Assembly: GCA_017935245.1 (NCBI GenBank)
Contig: JAGBHZ010000004.1
Location: forward strand, 1,305-65,304
Source: Alphaproteobacteria bacterium
GTDB lineage: Bacteria > Pseudomonadota > Alphaproteobacteria > Rs-D84
Reading direction: 5' to 3'
DNA length: 64,000 nt
The position numbers and the translations under genes were made by a program. The notes beneath the pieces were generated by a model. It was not told the DNA's origin. It saw only the letters and a program-made list of their open reading frames with translations, and did not search any database. Below, one piece after another: positions 50,556 through 59,236 of the stretch. The first letter of the stretch is position 1. Each line of letters opens with the position of its first letter.

Positions 50556-52040
50556 TTAGAAAGAATACTTTACACCGATATGCAGACCAAATGATTGCCA
50601 TGTGGCCTTTTTCAGGGAATCGGTTACATGTTCGGTGTATGCCGGGACGGTTTCCAATATCGGCAAACCATTATCATCCAAGATATATTGACCGTTTTCG
50701 TCAATCAAGAATTGTGTATATTCGGCAACATATAATTCCCCACCAATCTGCCCAACATGGAAACAGTTTGTGTCCACCCGCAGGGCCAATTGCAATCTGT
50801 CAGATAATTTATAATTATATTCCAATTCCGCCAGGTATGAATATGCATCATTGTCGCCTTCGTCCAAGAAACTGGGGTTTTGTTGCCAGTCTGTACGATT
50901 TGGCCAGATTCCTTCTGATGAATATTTAGGCAGACCGAATTGAACATACATGCGTAATTTATCTTTTAACGTCATCTGTTTTTCAATTTCCAACCCAACA
51001 TAGAACCCAGACCATGTCGTATTGTAAATGTGTGTTGTACCACCAACAATTATCGGCCCATCACCACCAATAATTACACATTCACCCGAATCAACACCCC
51101 ATGGCACATAACCCATGGCCGGATCATAATCACCCATGGTCAGGGAATTGCCCAATTCCAAGAAACCGCTGTTTGGGGCCTGGACCAATTTAATATCTTC
51201 GGGCGACATACAAACCTGGTACCATTCATCCGGGGCCGCTGTCCCAACCGGCAACGTATAATAATCCCCGTTTTCATCACCATATACATAATCACCCTTG
51301 TCCGTCATCAGGGGCAAATATATCCCCGGATTTGGATAATAGTGATCGTTCATTTCCAGATTATGTTTAAAAATTTCATACCCAATTGTTGGTGATAACT
51401 TCCACCCACCAATATCCCAAACATGATGAGCCGACAGACCAAATCTGAAATGATTACTGCGCCCGGATAAATCGCCCATAGAAATTGTAAAGATACCATA
51501 TGTCGGATCTGAATCATCAAATGGCTTTAAATCATAGTCCATTGATAACCCACCATGCGAAACATCGCCATATGAATATTCACCATACGCAGACAAATCA
51601 AAATCACGCAAACTAAAATTATGACGGGCACCAACCGTGATTTCGTTAAAAACCATGTCATCCCATTCCAAAACAGAATTTACACCGGTTTCAAACTGAA
51701 AATCTGCAAAACGACGCGTATATCCCGCATAGATTGATGTTGCCGGTTCGCTGTCCGTTGGCATGGCAATACCATTTGCCGTCATCATACCCGGCATTTG
51801 TGGAACATATGCGGGTTGACGTGGAACCTGGTACGAATAAGAACGTGAACCAACGGCCTGTTTATTTCCAGATGAACCAACATATTTGGTGTATCCCGCC
51901 GCCGCATATTGATTATAGCCGGCCTGGTTCGCGTTTTGGGCACGCTCAGTTTGATAATATGACGGCACCCCTTCGTTCGCAGCAAAGGCCGCGCCGATTG
52001 TGAAAAATCCTGCTAAAAATGAAACTAAACCCTTTCTCAT
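50556..52040 (-). CDS. Large outer membrane beta-barrel protein
   Basis: Signal peptide; amphipathic aromatic strands, acidic loops, terminal GLHIGVKYSF. Confidence 0.75.
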   Translation of the reverse strand: MRKGLVSFLAGFFTIGAAFAANEGVPSYYQTERAQNANQAGYNQYAAAGYTKYVGSSGNKQAVGSRSYSYQVPRQPAYVPQMPGMMTANGIAMPTDSEPATSIYAGYTRRFADFQFETGVNSVLEWDDMVFNEITVGARHNFSLRDFDLSAYGEYSYGDVSHGGLSMDYDLKPFDDSDPTYGIFTISMGDLSGRSNHFRFGLSAHHVWDIGGWKLSPTIGYEIFKHNLEMNDHYYPNPGIYLPLMTDKGDYVYGDENGDYYTLPVGTAAPDEWYQVCMSPEDIKLVQAPNSGFLELGNSLTMGDYDPAMGYVPWGVDSGECVIIGGDGPIIVGGTTHIYNTTWSGFYVGLEIEKQMTLKDKLRMYVQFGLPKYSSEGIWPNRTDWQQNPSFLDEGDNDAYSYLAELEYNYKLSDRLQLALRVDTNCFHVGQIGGELYVAEYTQFLIDENGQYILDDNGLPILETVPAYTEHVTDSLKKATWQSFGLHIGVKYSF

Positions 52041-52141
52041 TCCGTTGTATTCGATGTACTATTATATCATAAAAATTGTATCATAAAAAGTATTTTTCAT
52101 TTAATACTTGCGCATGGATTTTATGGCGGTAAAATACCCGC

Positions 52142-53197
52142 ATGAATCCGGCACATAATATATATATTCACGTACCGTTTTGTATGTCCAAGTGCAATTA
52201 TTGTGCTTTTTTTTCGCACGCATGCGCAAATCCAGACTGGGATAAATACCAAGATGAAATACAAAATGAAATTGAACACTGGGGGCATGTTTTGGGACGC
52301 GTTACAATCCCAACTATATTTTTTGGTGGCGGAACACCATCACTGATGCCAATTAAATGCTTTGAAAAAATAATTGGTAAAATTCATCAATGCTTTAACG
52401 TACAGGCCGATGCCGAAATAACAATCGAATCAAACCCAGGAACAATCGATAAAATCAAAATGCATGATTTTAAGTCCAATGGTATGAATCGCATCAGCAT
52501 CGGCATCCAAAGCATGGATGATGAACGATTAAAATACCTGGGGCGACGGCACAGTGTATCGGACGCAATCCACACATTAATCACAGCCCAGGATATGGGC
52601 CTGGGCGTGTCGGGGGATTTTATTTATGGCCTGCCGGGGGATACGGTTTCAGACGTTATCAATACATGTAAAAAAATTAATTCTTTGGGATTAACACATT
52701 GTTCAATGTATGAGTTAACCATCGAAGATGGAACACCACTGGCACGAACAAACCCGGTTATGCCAACAAACAATGAAATGGCCGAAATGTATTTGGCGAT
52801 ACAAAATACCCTGAACCTGGACCGGTACGAGGTTTCAAATTACGCCACCCCGGGCAACCATTGTCGCCACAACGAAAATGTGTGGGATGGCGCACCGTAT
52901 ATTGGTATTGGTCGTGGCGCGGCGGGACGCATCTATTACAACAACACATGGTATGAACAACGTGGAAACGGGGCGGAATTTTCACCAATGACATCGGACA
53001 ATCGCGCAATTGAAAAAGTTATCACAGGTATGCGCACCATGCGTGGCACACATTTGACAGATGACGTAAAACGCGTTATAAATATGGACACCATATTGTC
53101 AATGCCAGAACACGTCCGCATTTCAGGCAACCGGATACGCGCCACAGATGCGGGGATAATGGTGCTGGATGACATGTTGGCCAAAATCATAAGGTAG
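52142..53197 (+). CDS. hemW: Radical SAM heme chaperone HemW
   Basis: YIHVPFC..KC.YCAF, GGGTPS, EITIESNP, NRISIGIQS, YEVSNY...HN. Confidence 0.88.
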   Translation: MNPAHNIYIHVPFCMSKCNYCAFFSHACANPDWDKYQDEIQNEIEHWGHVLGRVTIPTIFFGGGTPSLMPIKCFEKIIGKIHQCFNVQADAEITIESNPGTIDKIKMHDFKSNGMNRISIGIQSMDDERLKYLGRRHSVSDAIHTLITAQDMGLGVSGDFIYGLPGDTVSDVINTCKKINSLGLTHCSMYELTIEDGTPLARTNPVMPTNNEMAEMYLAIQNTLNLDRYEVSNYATPGNHCRHNENVWDGAPYIGIGRGAAGRIYYNNTWYEQRGNGAEFSPMTSDNRAIEKVITGMRTMRGTHLTDDVKRVINMDTILSMPEHVRISGNRIRATDAGIMVLDDMLAKIIR

Positions 53198-53201
53198 AAA
53201 T

Positions 53202-55190
53202 ATGAGAAGTACATTCTGGAATATCATCGGTGTAATTGCCGTTATAATTGCAATTTTTTTCGCATATAAAATAACCAAGGAGAAACTAATGAGTGCAGGT
53301 ATCGACACAGCAAATATGGATATGACGGTTAAACCGGGCGATAATTTTTATGATTTCGCGACACGCGGATGGCGTGATGCGAACCCGATTCCAGATGACT
53401 ATTCCCGATTTGGCGCGTTCGAAGTTTTACGTAACACAAATCTGGAACGCAGTCGTGAAATTGCAGAAAACGATACGGGTAAAATTGGCACACTTTATAA
53501 AATCATTATGGACACCGAAAAGCGTAATGCCGATGGGGTTGCGCCTGTAAAAAAATACATGGATGAAATTGACGCAATAACAGGCCCCAATCAATTACCA
53601 CAATATCTGGGGAAAATGCATACATTTTCGTCCGCATTCTGGGGGGATGGGGTTGCCCTGGACGAAATGGACAGCACGCATTACATATATAACATCGGCC
53701 AGGGTGGAATTGGCCTGTCGCGGGATTATTATTTTGACACAGACACTAAATCGGTTGAAATACGCAACGAATATAAAAAATATATCGCACGGCAATTAAA
53801 GAATTTTGGCATTGTGGGCGATGCAGAAAAATTATACGCATTGGAAGAACGCATGGCAAAATCATTTCATACAAAAGAAGTTCTGCGCGATCCACATGCA
53901 AACTATCATAAAATGACATTAGCAGATGTAAAAAAAGAATTCCCAGAATTTAATTGGGATACATACCTGGTGGCGCGTGGCGCGGCGGCGGCAACGGTTA
54001 TTAATATTAATCAGCCCGATGCAATAAAAACATCTATCGAAATTATGAACGATACAGATTTTGAATTAATTAAAACATATTTAAAGTATCGAATTGCAAA
54101 TTCAGCGGCCAGCCTGCTGGATGACGCGTCTTATGAAATCGCATTTGATTTTTATAATCGAAAAATGGCGGGACAAAAAGAACCTAAGCCACGGTGGAAA
54201 CGTGCGGTTTCAATGTTGGATGATGCACTGGGGGATTTGGTTGGACAATTGTATGTTGAAAAATACTTCCCGGCGGCCGCAAAAAAGCGCATGGAAACAT
54301 TGGTGCAAAATCTGCAACGCGCATATGCAATTAGAATTGAAAACCTGGCGTGGATGTCAGATGAAACCAAACAAAAAGCACTGGAAAAATTATCCACATT
54401 CCGGGCCAAAATTGGATACCCAAACAAATGGCGCGATTATTCAAAAATGAAAATCGACGCAAACAAATCCCTGTGGGAAAATATGGTTGATGTATCCGCA
54501 CACGAAGATGCGTTTTGGCTAAATAAGATTGGTGCAGAAAAAGACCCAACCATTTGGTACATGAACGCACACGAGGTTAATGCATACTATGACCCATCAA
54601 CAAACGAAATCTGTTTCCCGGCGGGGATTTTACAGTATCCGTTCTTTGACATGGCGGCCGATGATGCATTTAACTATGGTGCGATTGGTGCGGTTATTGG
54701 ACATGAAATGACACACGGTTTTGACGATATGGGACGCAAGTTTGATAAGGATGGAAACCTGAAAGATTGGTGGACATTACTGGATGCGGCACGCTTTGAT
54801 GTACGGGCCAAGGTAATGCGCGAATTTTTTGATAAAATAAAAATTAATGACGAAGTTCATGCAAACGGCGAATTTACGTTGGGTGAAAACCTGGCGGATT
54901 ATGGTGGGGTAACAATCGCATATACGGCATATAAAAACTTTGGTACACCATCAAACACATCGGCGGGTTTAACACCAGAAATGCGCTTCTTTATCGCATA
55001 TGCGGGCGCATGGGCACAAAACATTCGCCCCGACGAAGAATTACGCCTGACAAAAATTGATGAACACAGCCTGGGCAAAAATCGCGTAAATGGAATCCTG
55101 GTTCATATTGATGCATGGTATGATGCATTTGACATTAAACCAGACGATAAAATGTACGTTGCACCACACGAACGCGTAAAACTGTGGTAA
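53202..55190 (+). CDS. M13 (neprilysin/PepO) metalloendopeptidase
   Basis: VNAYY, FPAGILQ, HEMTH, GENLADYGG; N-terminal TM anchor (alternative start 53289). Confidence 0.93.
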   Translation: MRSTFWNIIGVIAVIIAIFFAYKITKEKLMSAGIDTANMDMTVKPGDNFYDFATRGWRDANPIPDDYSRFGAFEVLRNTNLERSREIAENDTGKIGTLYKIIMDTEKRNADGVAPVKKYMDEIDAITGPNQLPQYLGKMHTFSSAFWGDGVALDEMDSTHYIYNIGQGGIGLSRDYYFDTDTKSVEIRNEYKKYIARQLKNFGIVGDAEKLYALEERMAKSFHTKEVLRDPHANYHKMTLADVKKEFPEFNWDTYLVARGAAAATVININQPDAIKTSIEIMNDTDFELIKTYLKYRIANSAASLLDDASYEIAFDFYNRKMAGQKEPKPRWKRAVSMLDDALGDLVGQLYVEKYFPAAAKKRMETLVQNLQRAYAIRIENLAWMSDETKQKALEKLSTFRAKIGYPNKWRDYSKMKIDANKSLWENMVDVSAHEDAFWLNKIGAEKDPTIWYMNAHEVNAYYDPSTNEICFPAGILQYPFFDMAADDAFNYGAIGAVIGHEMTHGFDDMGRKFDKDGNLKDWWTLLDAARFDVRAKVMREFFDKIKINDEVHANGEFTLGENLADYGGVTIAYTAYKNFGTPSNTSAGLTPEMRFFIAYAGAWAQNIRPDEELRLTKIDEHSLGKNRVNGILVHIDAWYDAFDIKPDDKMYVAPHERVKLW

Positions 55191-55213
55191 TAAAAATCCC
55201 CCAGACGGGGGAT

Positions 55214-55444
55214 TTATTTTTTTATTTTTCTATAATTTTTTGCCCACAACATATTGCACGCTTCGGCAAATATTTTATGTATTAATTCATTGCTGGGTAA
55301 TATTTTTCCATGCTCGATACGGGCCAGCGTCCTTCTGGGGATATTTAGTATTTTTGCCATATCCCCGCGCCCCATGCGCGCACTGCGCCGCCCCATACGT
55401 ATTGCATTACCATAAAATTTTGCATCAATTAAAACAATTGCCAT
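55214..55444 (-). CDS. Small XRE-family helix-turn-helix protein
   Basis: GNAIR..RR...M....MAKIL.I....LARIE.GK..P; AGGGG SD. Confidence 0.8.
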   Translation of the reverse strand: MAIVLIDAKFYGNAIRMGRRSARMGRGDMAKILNIPRRTLARIEHGKILPSNELIHKIFAEACNMLWAKNYRKIKK

Positions 55445-55493
55445 AATTATCCCCCTATCTTTTTGTTAAACAAAAAACCGCCACATCAAAAAG

Positions 55494-55562
55494 GCGGTTG
55501 GAGGTTAACAACTATTAACAGTAATAGCGTCGCTTATTGGATATTCACGACCCTCCAACCAT
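55494..55562 (-). ncRNA. C4/CI-like antisense RNA (element 1)
   Basis: Basal stem GGTTGGAGG/CCTCCAACC encloses two hairpins; exposed CTGTTAA and GTTGTTAA are complementary to upstream TTAACAG and TTAACAAC. Confidence 0.65.
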
Positions 55563-55625
55563 GGTTGGAGTTTTTTTCTGTTAAGAGGTTGTTAAGCCCC
55601 GCACTGGTTTCCCAATGCATATCGT

Positions 55626-55654
55626 ATTATATCGAATAAAAACATCAGATTCAA
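55626..55654 (-). promoter_or_regulatory. sigma70-like promoter of element 1 / XRE gene
   Basis: TTGAAT-17-TATAAT on the - strand. Confidence 0.75.
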
Positions 55655-55690
55655 CACTTTGATAAATAAATATTTATCGTACAAAATACG

Positions 55691-55737
55691 TTAGTTAAGT
55701 ATTTTGTCATCCCCGCGTTCGGCGACGGGATTTTTTT
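55691..55737. repeat. Remnant of the dispersed palindromic repeat family
   Basis: TGTCATCCCCGCG (55705-55717) is the reverse complement of 58882-58894; TTAGTTAAGTATTTT is shared with 3163-3177. Confidence 0.55.
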
Positions 55738-57325
55738 AAACAAATTTTTCGGGAACCAGACTGCAAATCGATTTCCATACACGACGGAATATTGATGTGT
55801 CCGGCGCATGCGTGTGAACCTGGGGTTTTTTATCGCCGGGGCGACTGCCGGTCCAGATGGGGTCGTCGTCTTCGTCCAGGGTTACACGCCACGATGTTTG
55901 AGTATCTTTTAAAATCATCGCACGCAGTTTTTCTGCAAAATCCGCACTTTCAAAAATTGCCACGTTTTCTGTGTTATAATATGCACTGCGTGGGTCCAGA
56001 TTAAAACTGCCAATCCATGAAATTTTATCGTCAAAAACCATCGTCTTGCTGTGCAGGACCGAAAAACTGGATTGTTTTCGTTCACGATCATGTTCTTTAC
56101 CGCGCAGATTTTCCGCAGACACCATAAATTCATAAACATCGGCGCCGGATTTAATCAACTGTTCCCGGTATTTTTCCCATTTCGCATACACCGTTGGCGC
56201 ATTTGTTGACGCCAATGAATTTGTAACAATGGTCATGTGCACACCAGATTTTTCTTCGTGCAACATGTGTTCCAAACCGCCCTGGCCCGGGACAAAATAC
56301 GCCGCCGACATGTACACAGATTCATCCGTTTTATTCCACAGATGTTGCAGAGCCCGAATAATATCACCACGATAGGCTTCTTTTTCAGCCATGGTCATTT
56401 CAACCTTTTGCGGTGGATCGGCCAAGAATTTTCCGCGACCCCAACTGAAATCAAATTGCTTGGTCTGGTATTCGCGCTGGGCCATTGCAATAATATTATT
56501 ATATTGCTTTATGCCGATGGCACTTTTTTCTGCGATTTTTTCAAATTCACGTTCCAGTTTCTTTAAACCGCGCTTTGTCTTGGCACGCGGAAACGCCGAT
56601 GCCGGTATCGACAGGTGATGATTCCAGTATTCATCAAAACTTTTTGTTGCATGCTTGGTCATTTCGCCGATAAACAAAACGTCTGTATCAGAAAAGTTTG
56701 ACGCGGTTTCTGGATAGAAATAATTACTGCCCACATTGCGGCCACCGGTAATATACGCAACATTATCAACAATAAATAATTTGTTATGCATGCGCGAATT
56801 CAGACGATTAAAATCCATCATAAATTGTGGGTAATATAACAACTTGCTGCGGGTTTTTACGGTGTTAAAAACCTTAACCTCTATATTAGGATGCTGGTTC
56901 AGCAACATCACATCAACAATATCAGATTTTGTTCCATAATCATCCAATAATATTCGCACCTTGACCCCGCGGTCGGCCGCGTTTTTCAGTTCACCAATCA
57001 ATACCTTGGACGAAAAATCGTTACTGTAAATATACGTCTGTAAATCAATCGTTTTGGTCGCCATGCGCGCAAATGCCGAACGAATAACAAACGCGGACAA
57101 CCCATCTTCGATTAATGTCGCGCCCGAAACATTGGTGTTGGTGGCCAATTCCGTGGCATAACATTGCGCAATTGGGGTTTCATATGGATTGTAATCAAAA
57201 TCACTTTGTGTGATTTTTGCCGTGTACGTTTCCAACCTTTTGTCGCGCGTTGTGGTTGGCACAGTTACACACCCAACCAATGGCAAACATAGCATCATCA
57301 TAGAAACTTTCTTAACAATCGTCAA
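55736..57325 (-). CDS. Phospholipase D family protein (ClsC/YmdC-like cardiolipin synthase)
   Basis: Two HKD motifs (MHNKLFIVD, LHSKTMVFD), GGRN, GSFNLDPRS; lipobox-like LVGC; start codon uncertain. Confidence 0.88.
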   Translation of the reverse strand: MTIVKKVSMMMLCLPLVGCVTVPTTTRDKRLETYTAKITQSDFDYNPYETPIAQCYATELATNTNVSGATLIEDGLSAFVIRSAFARMATKTIDLQTYIYSNDFSSKVLIGELKNAADRGVKVRILLDDYGTKSDIVDVMLLNQHPNIEVKVFNTVKTRSKLLYYPQFMMDFNRLNSRMHNKLFIVDNVAYITGGRNVGSNYFYPETASNFSDTDVLFIGEMTKHATKSFDEYWNHHLSIPASAFPRAKTKRGLKKLEREFEKIAEKSAIGIKQYNNIIAMAQREYQTKQFDFSWGRGKFLADPPQKVEMTMAEKEAYRGDIIRALQHLWNKTDESVYMSAAYFVPGQGGLEHMLHEEKSGVHMTIVTNSLASTNAPTVYAKWEKYREQLIKSGADVYEFMVSAENLRGKEHDRERKQSSFSVLHSKTMVFDDKISWIGSFNLDPRSAYYNTENVAIFESADFAEKLRAMILKDTQTSWRVTLDEDDDPIWTGSRPGDKKPQVHTHAPDTSIFRRVWKSICSLVPEKFV

Positions 57326-57436
57326 TTTTACTACCCCGTCTGGATTGACAGTATAATACAAAAACAAATTATATTACAAGCAAAATTCATTATATTTTTT
57401 AACGAATTGTGAATTTTGTCTTGTCTGTGATTTTAA

Positions 57437-57883
57437 CTAAGCGATTTTTAAATTTGGACGCGTCGCGCGCAGATTTTGCAGTGATTTTTCCTGGGCCGAA
57501 CGAAATGCATCTGGATTCCAGATTTGAAAACTGTTCCCGCGGCCAACAAACACCGCACGATCGGTAATACCCGCATGTTCCAGCATGTCGGCCGGAATAA
57601 CAATTCGCCCGGTTACATCAAATGCCAGGGGGCGCGCATCTGCAAATAACATTGCCGACAAATCATCCATTTCACGGTCAAATATTCCCATCTGGTCGGT
57701 GGCCGACGCCATTTGTTCCATGCGGGACATTGAAAAACCTTCGATGCAATTATTTGTAAAAGAACGAAATAAAACAACACCGGCAAATTTTTCATTTGCA
57801 ACCGAAGCACGGAAAGACGCCGGTACGGATATACGTCCCTTTGTATCCAAACGATTTTCATAAGATGAGAGAAACAATGACAT
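57437..57883 (-). CDS. mraZ: Division/cell wall cluster repressor MraZ
   Basis: LDTKGRISVPASFR, D.TGRIVIP, FVGRG..FQIW.P. Confidence 0.93.
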   Translation of the reverse strand: MSLFLSSYENRLDTKGRISVPASFRASVANEKFAGVVLFRSFTNNCIEGFSMSRMEQMASATDQMGIFDREMDDLSAMLFADARPLAFDVTGRIVIPADMLEHAGITDRAVFVGRGNSFQIWNPDAFRSAQEKSLQNLRATRPNLKIA

Positions 57884-57993
57884 TTCTGCGTCTTGTGCTT
57901 TTATGTTTTGGGGCGCGCCCCGGGTTAATCTTTCCGTCTTCGTACAACGAATTTAGCACAAGCATTTATGGTTGTCAATGACAATTCATAATT

Positions 57994-58013
57994 ATTTTAT
58001 GGTATTTTATGGT
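57994..58013. promoter_or_regulatory. Candidate MraZ operator (10 bp direct repeat)
   Basis: ATTTTATGGT x2 plus TTTATGGT at 57965-57972, around a TTGACA-17-TAAATT promoter of mraZ. Confidence 0.45.
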
Positions 58014-58280
58014 TTTTCAGTGTTTTTATAAAAAATTGAAAATAAAATTAAAATAAATATATTTTGTACTTGACCAACGATTCGTTTTTGTTCTAAGATG
58101 TTTGTATAGACAAAGGGAAAAGAAATAAAAAGCCCAGAAAACCGCACAAAAACCGGATTTCTGCCAAAAAGAACAAAACAGATTAAATCAAAAAATTAAA
58201 TTTTGTAAATACTTTCGTAAATACACGATTTAGTTCAAAATTTAATCACAACCGCATCCCAAGGAAGGAGGGGAACGCAC

Positions 58281-58616
58281 ATGACAAAAAACATCAAAGA
58301 AATTATGATTGCACTGAACCAGGTTTTAACAACAACGGTTTGGGTCAACGAAGATCGTCAGATTGTATCATTGGCGGATGAATTGAAAATTGGGAAAAAT
58401 AACGCCCCACGCTCTATCGAAGATTTGGCACGCGCATCGCTGGTTGGTGCATACGTGTCGTTACAAATTCGCACAGATAATTTTGATGTCGCGGCCGAAA
58501 GCATGGAAACCAAAGCATTGGCATTGCGTGTCAAAGAAATGGTTTTTGCCGAAGCAAAGAAAATTATGGATGCGTCCAACGTATCTGAAAACACACACGT
58601 TGCAATGGCGGCATAA
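58281..58616 (+). CDS. Hypothetical small protein
   Basis: Strong AAGGAGG SD; TTGACC-18-TAAGAT promoter about 180 nt upstream; terminator 58698-58733. Confidence 0.75.
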   Translation: MTKNIKEIMIALNQVLTTTVWVNEDRQIVSLADELKIGKNNAPRSIEDLARASLVGAYVSLQIRTDNFDVAAESMETKALALRVKEMVFAEAKKIMDASNVSENTHVAMAA

Positions 58617-58745
58617 TTATTACGCACGTGATGTGCGTATCTGGGCCAAAATTAAATGTGTGTCACCACAGTTTCCGGCTACCGGAAGGAAGGGAGCCAC
58701 CGTCGGTCAAGCAATTGCCGACGGTGATTTTTTATGGACATAAAA

Positions 58746-58945
58746 ATAAATAAAAGTTTAGTGGGGTAAGTCCTAGCAAAAATTTTGTCATTACCGCGCA
58801 GGCGGTAATAGGGCTTTTTAAACCACGCACACCGTGCGCCAAATAAATGTGTTTAGTTTTTATAGACCCTGTCCCCGCCGTCGCGGGGATGACAATTTTT
58901 TTGTCAGAAAATTGTAAAAAAATACCCCACCAAACTTTTATTTAT
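58746..58945. mobile_element. MITE-like element with 23 bp terminal inverted repeats and internal RPE/REP-like palindromes
   Basis: ATAAATAAAAGTTTAGTGGGGTA (58746-58768) vs TACCCCACCAAACTTTTATTTAT (58923-58945), 1 mismatch; internal TGTCATTACCGCGCAGGCGGTAAT and TCCCCGCCGTCGCGGGGATGACA; no ORF. Confidence 0.65.
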
Positions 58946-58953
58946 CTTAGCAT

Positions 58954-58982
58954 TTGCCTAATTTAAAATATTTGGTTATAAT
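58954..58982 (+). promoter_or_regulatory. sigma70-like promoter of element 2 / Cys-rich genes
   Basis: TTGCCT-17-TATAAT. Confidence 0.7.
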
Positions 58983-59106
58983 ATGTCTGTTATGGTGATT
59001 TTACCATAATGGGGTGTAGAAACCCGACTTGTGCATTAAAAGATGACGCAGTGCTAAATTGCCGACGCGTCATGCTTTGATGAAAAAAACTCCTGAGCAT
59101 ATTGGC

Positions 59107-59171
59107 GTCAGGAGGGCTGCGAATATATTGAATAAGCACACAATTCACAAGATTGTTTCTAACCTCCTGGC
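59107..59171 (+). ncRNA. C4/CI-like antisense RNA (element 2)
   Basis: Basal stem GTCAGGAGG/CCTCCTGGC; exposed CACAAG and GTTTCTA are complementary to upstream CTTGTG and TAGAAAC. Confidence 0.65.
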
Positions 59172-59236
59172 CACTCGAATTTATTCGGTGGTTTTTGTTT
59201 TTTCGCGAATAAAACAAAAGAAAGGGAGTGATACAA

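Noticed and set aside
55580-55595. CtrA box (TTAA-N7-TTAAC on - strand) as the explanation of element 1
   Set aside because: The match is real, but the same bases are the a1/b1 targets. Element 2 keeps the pairing with different letters and no CtrA box, so the RNA explanation is preferred; dual use is not excluded.
58640-58733. SRP (4.5S) RNA suggested by CCGGAAGGAAG
   Set aside because: It lacks the flanking CAGG...GCAGC asymmetric loop and the long closing helix.
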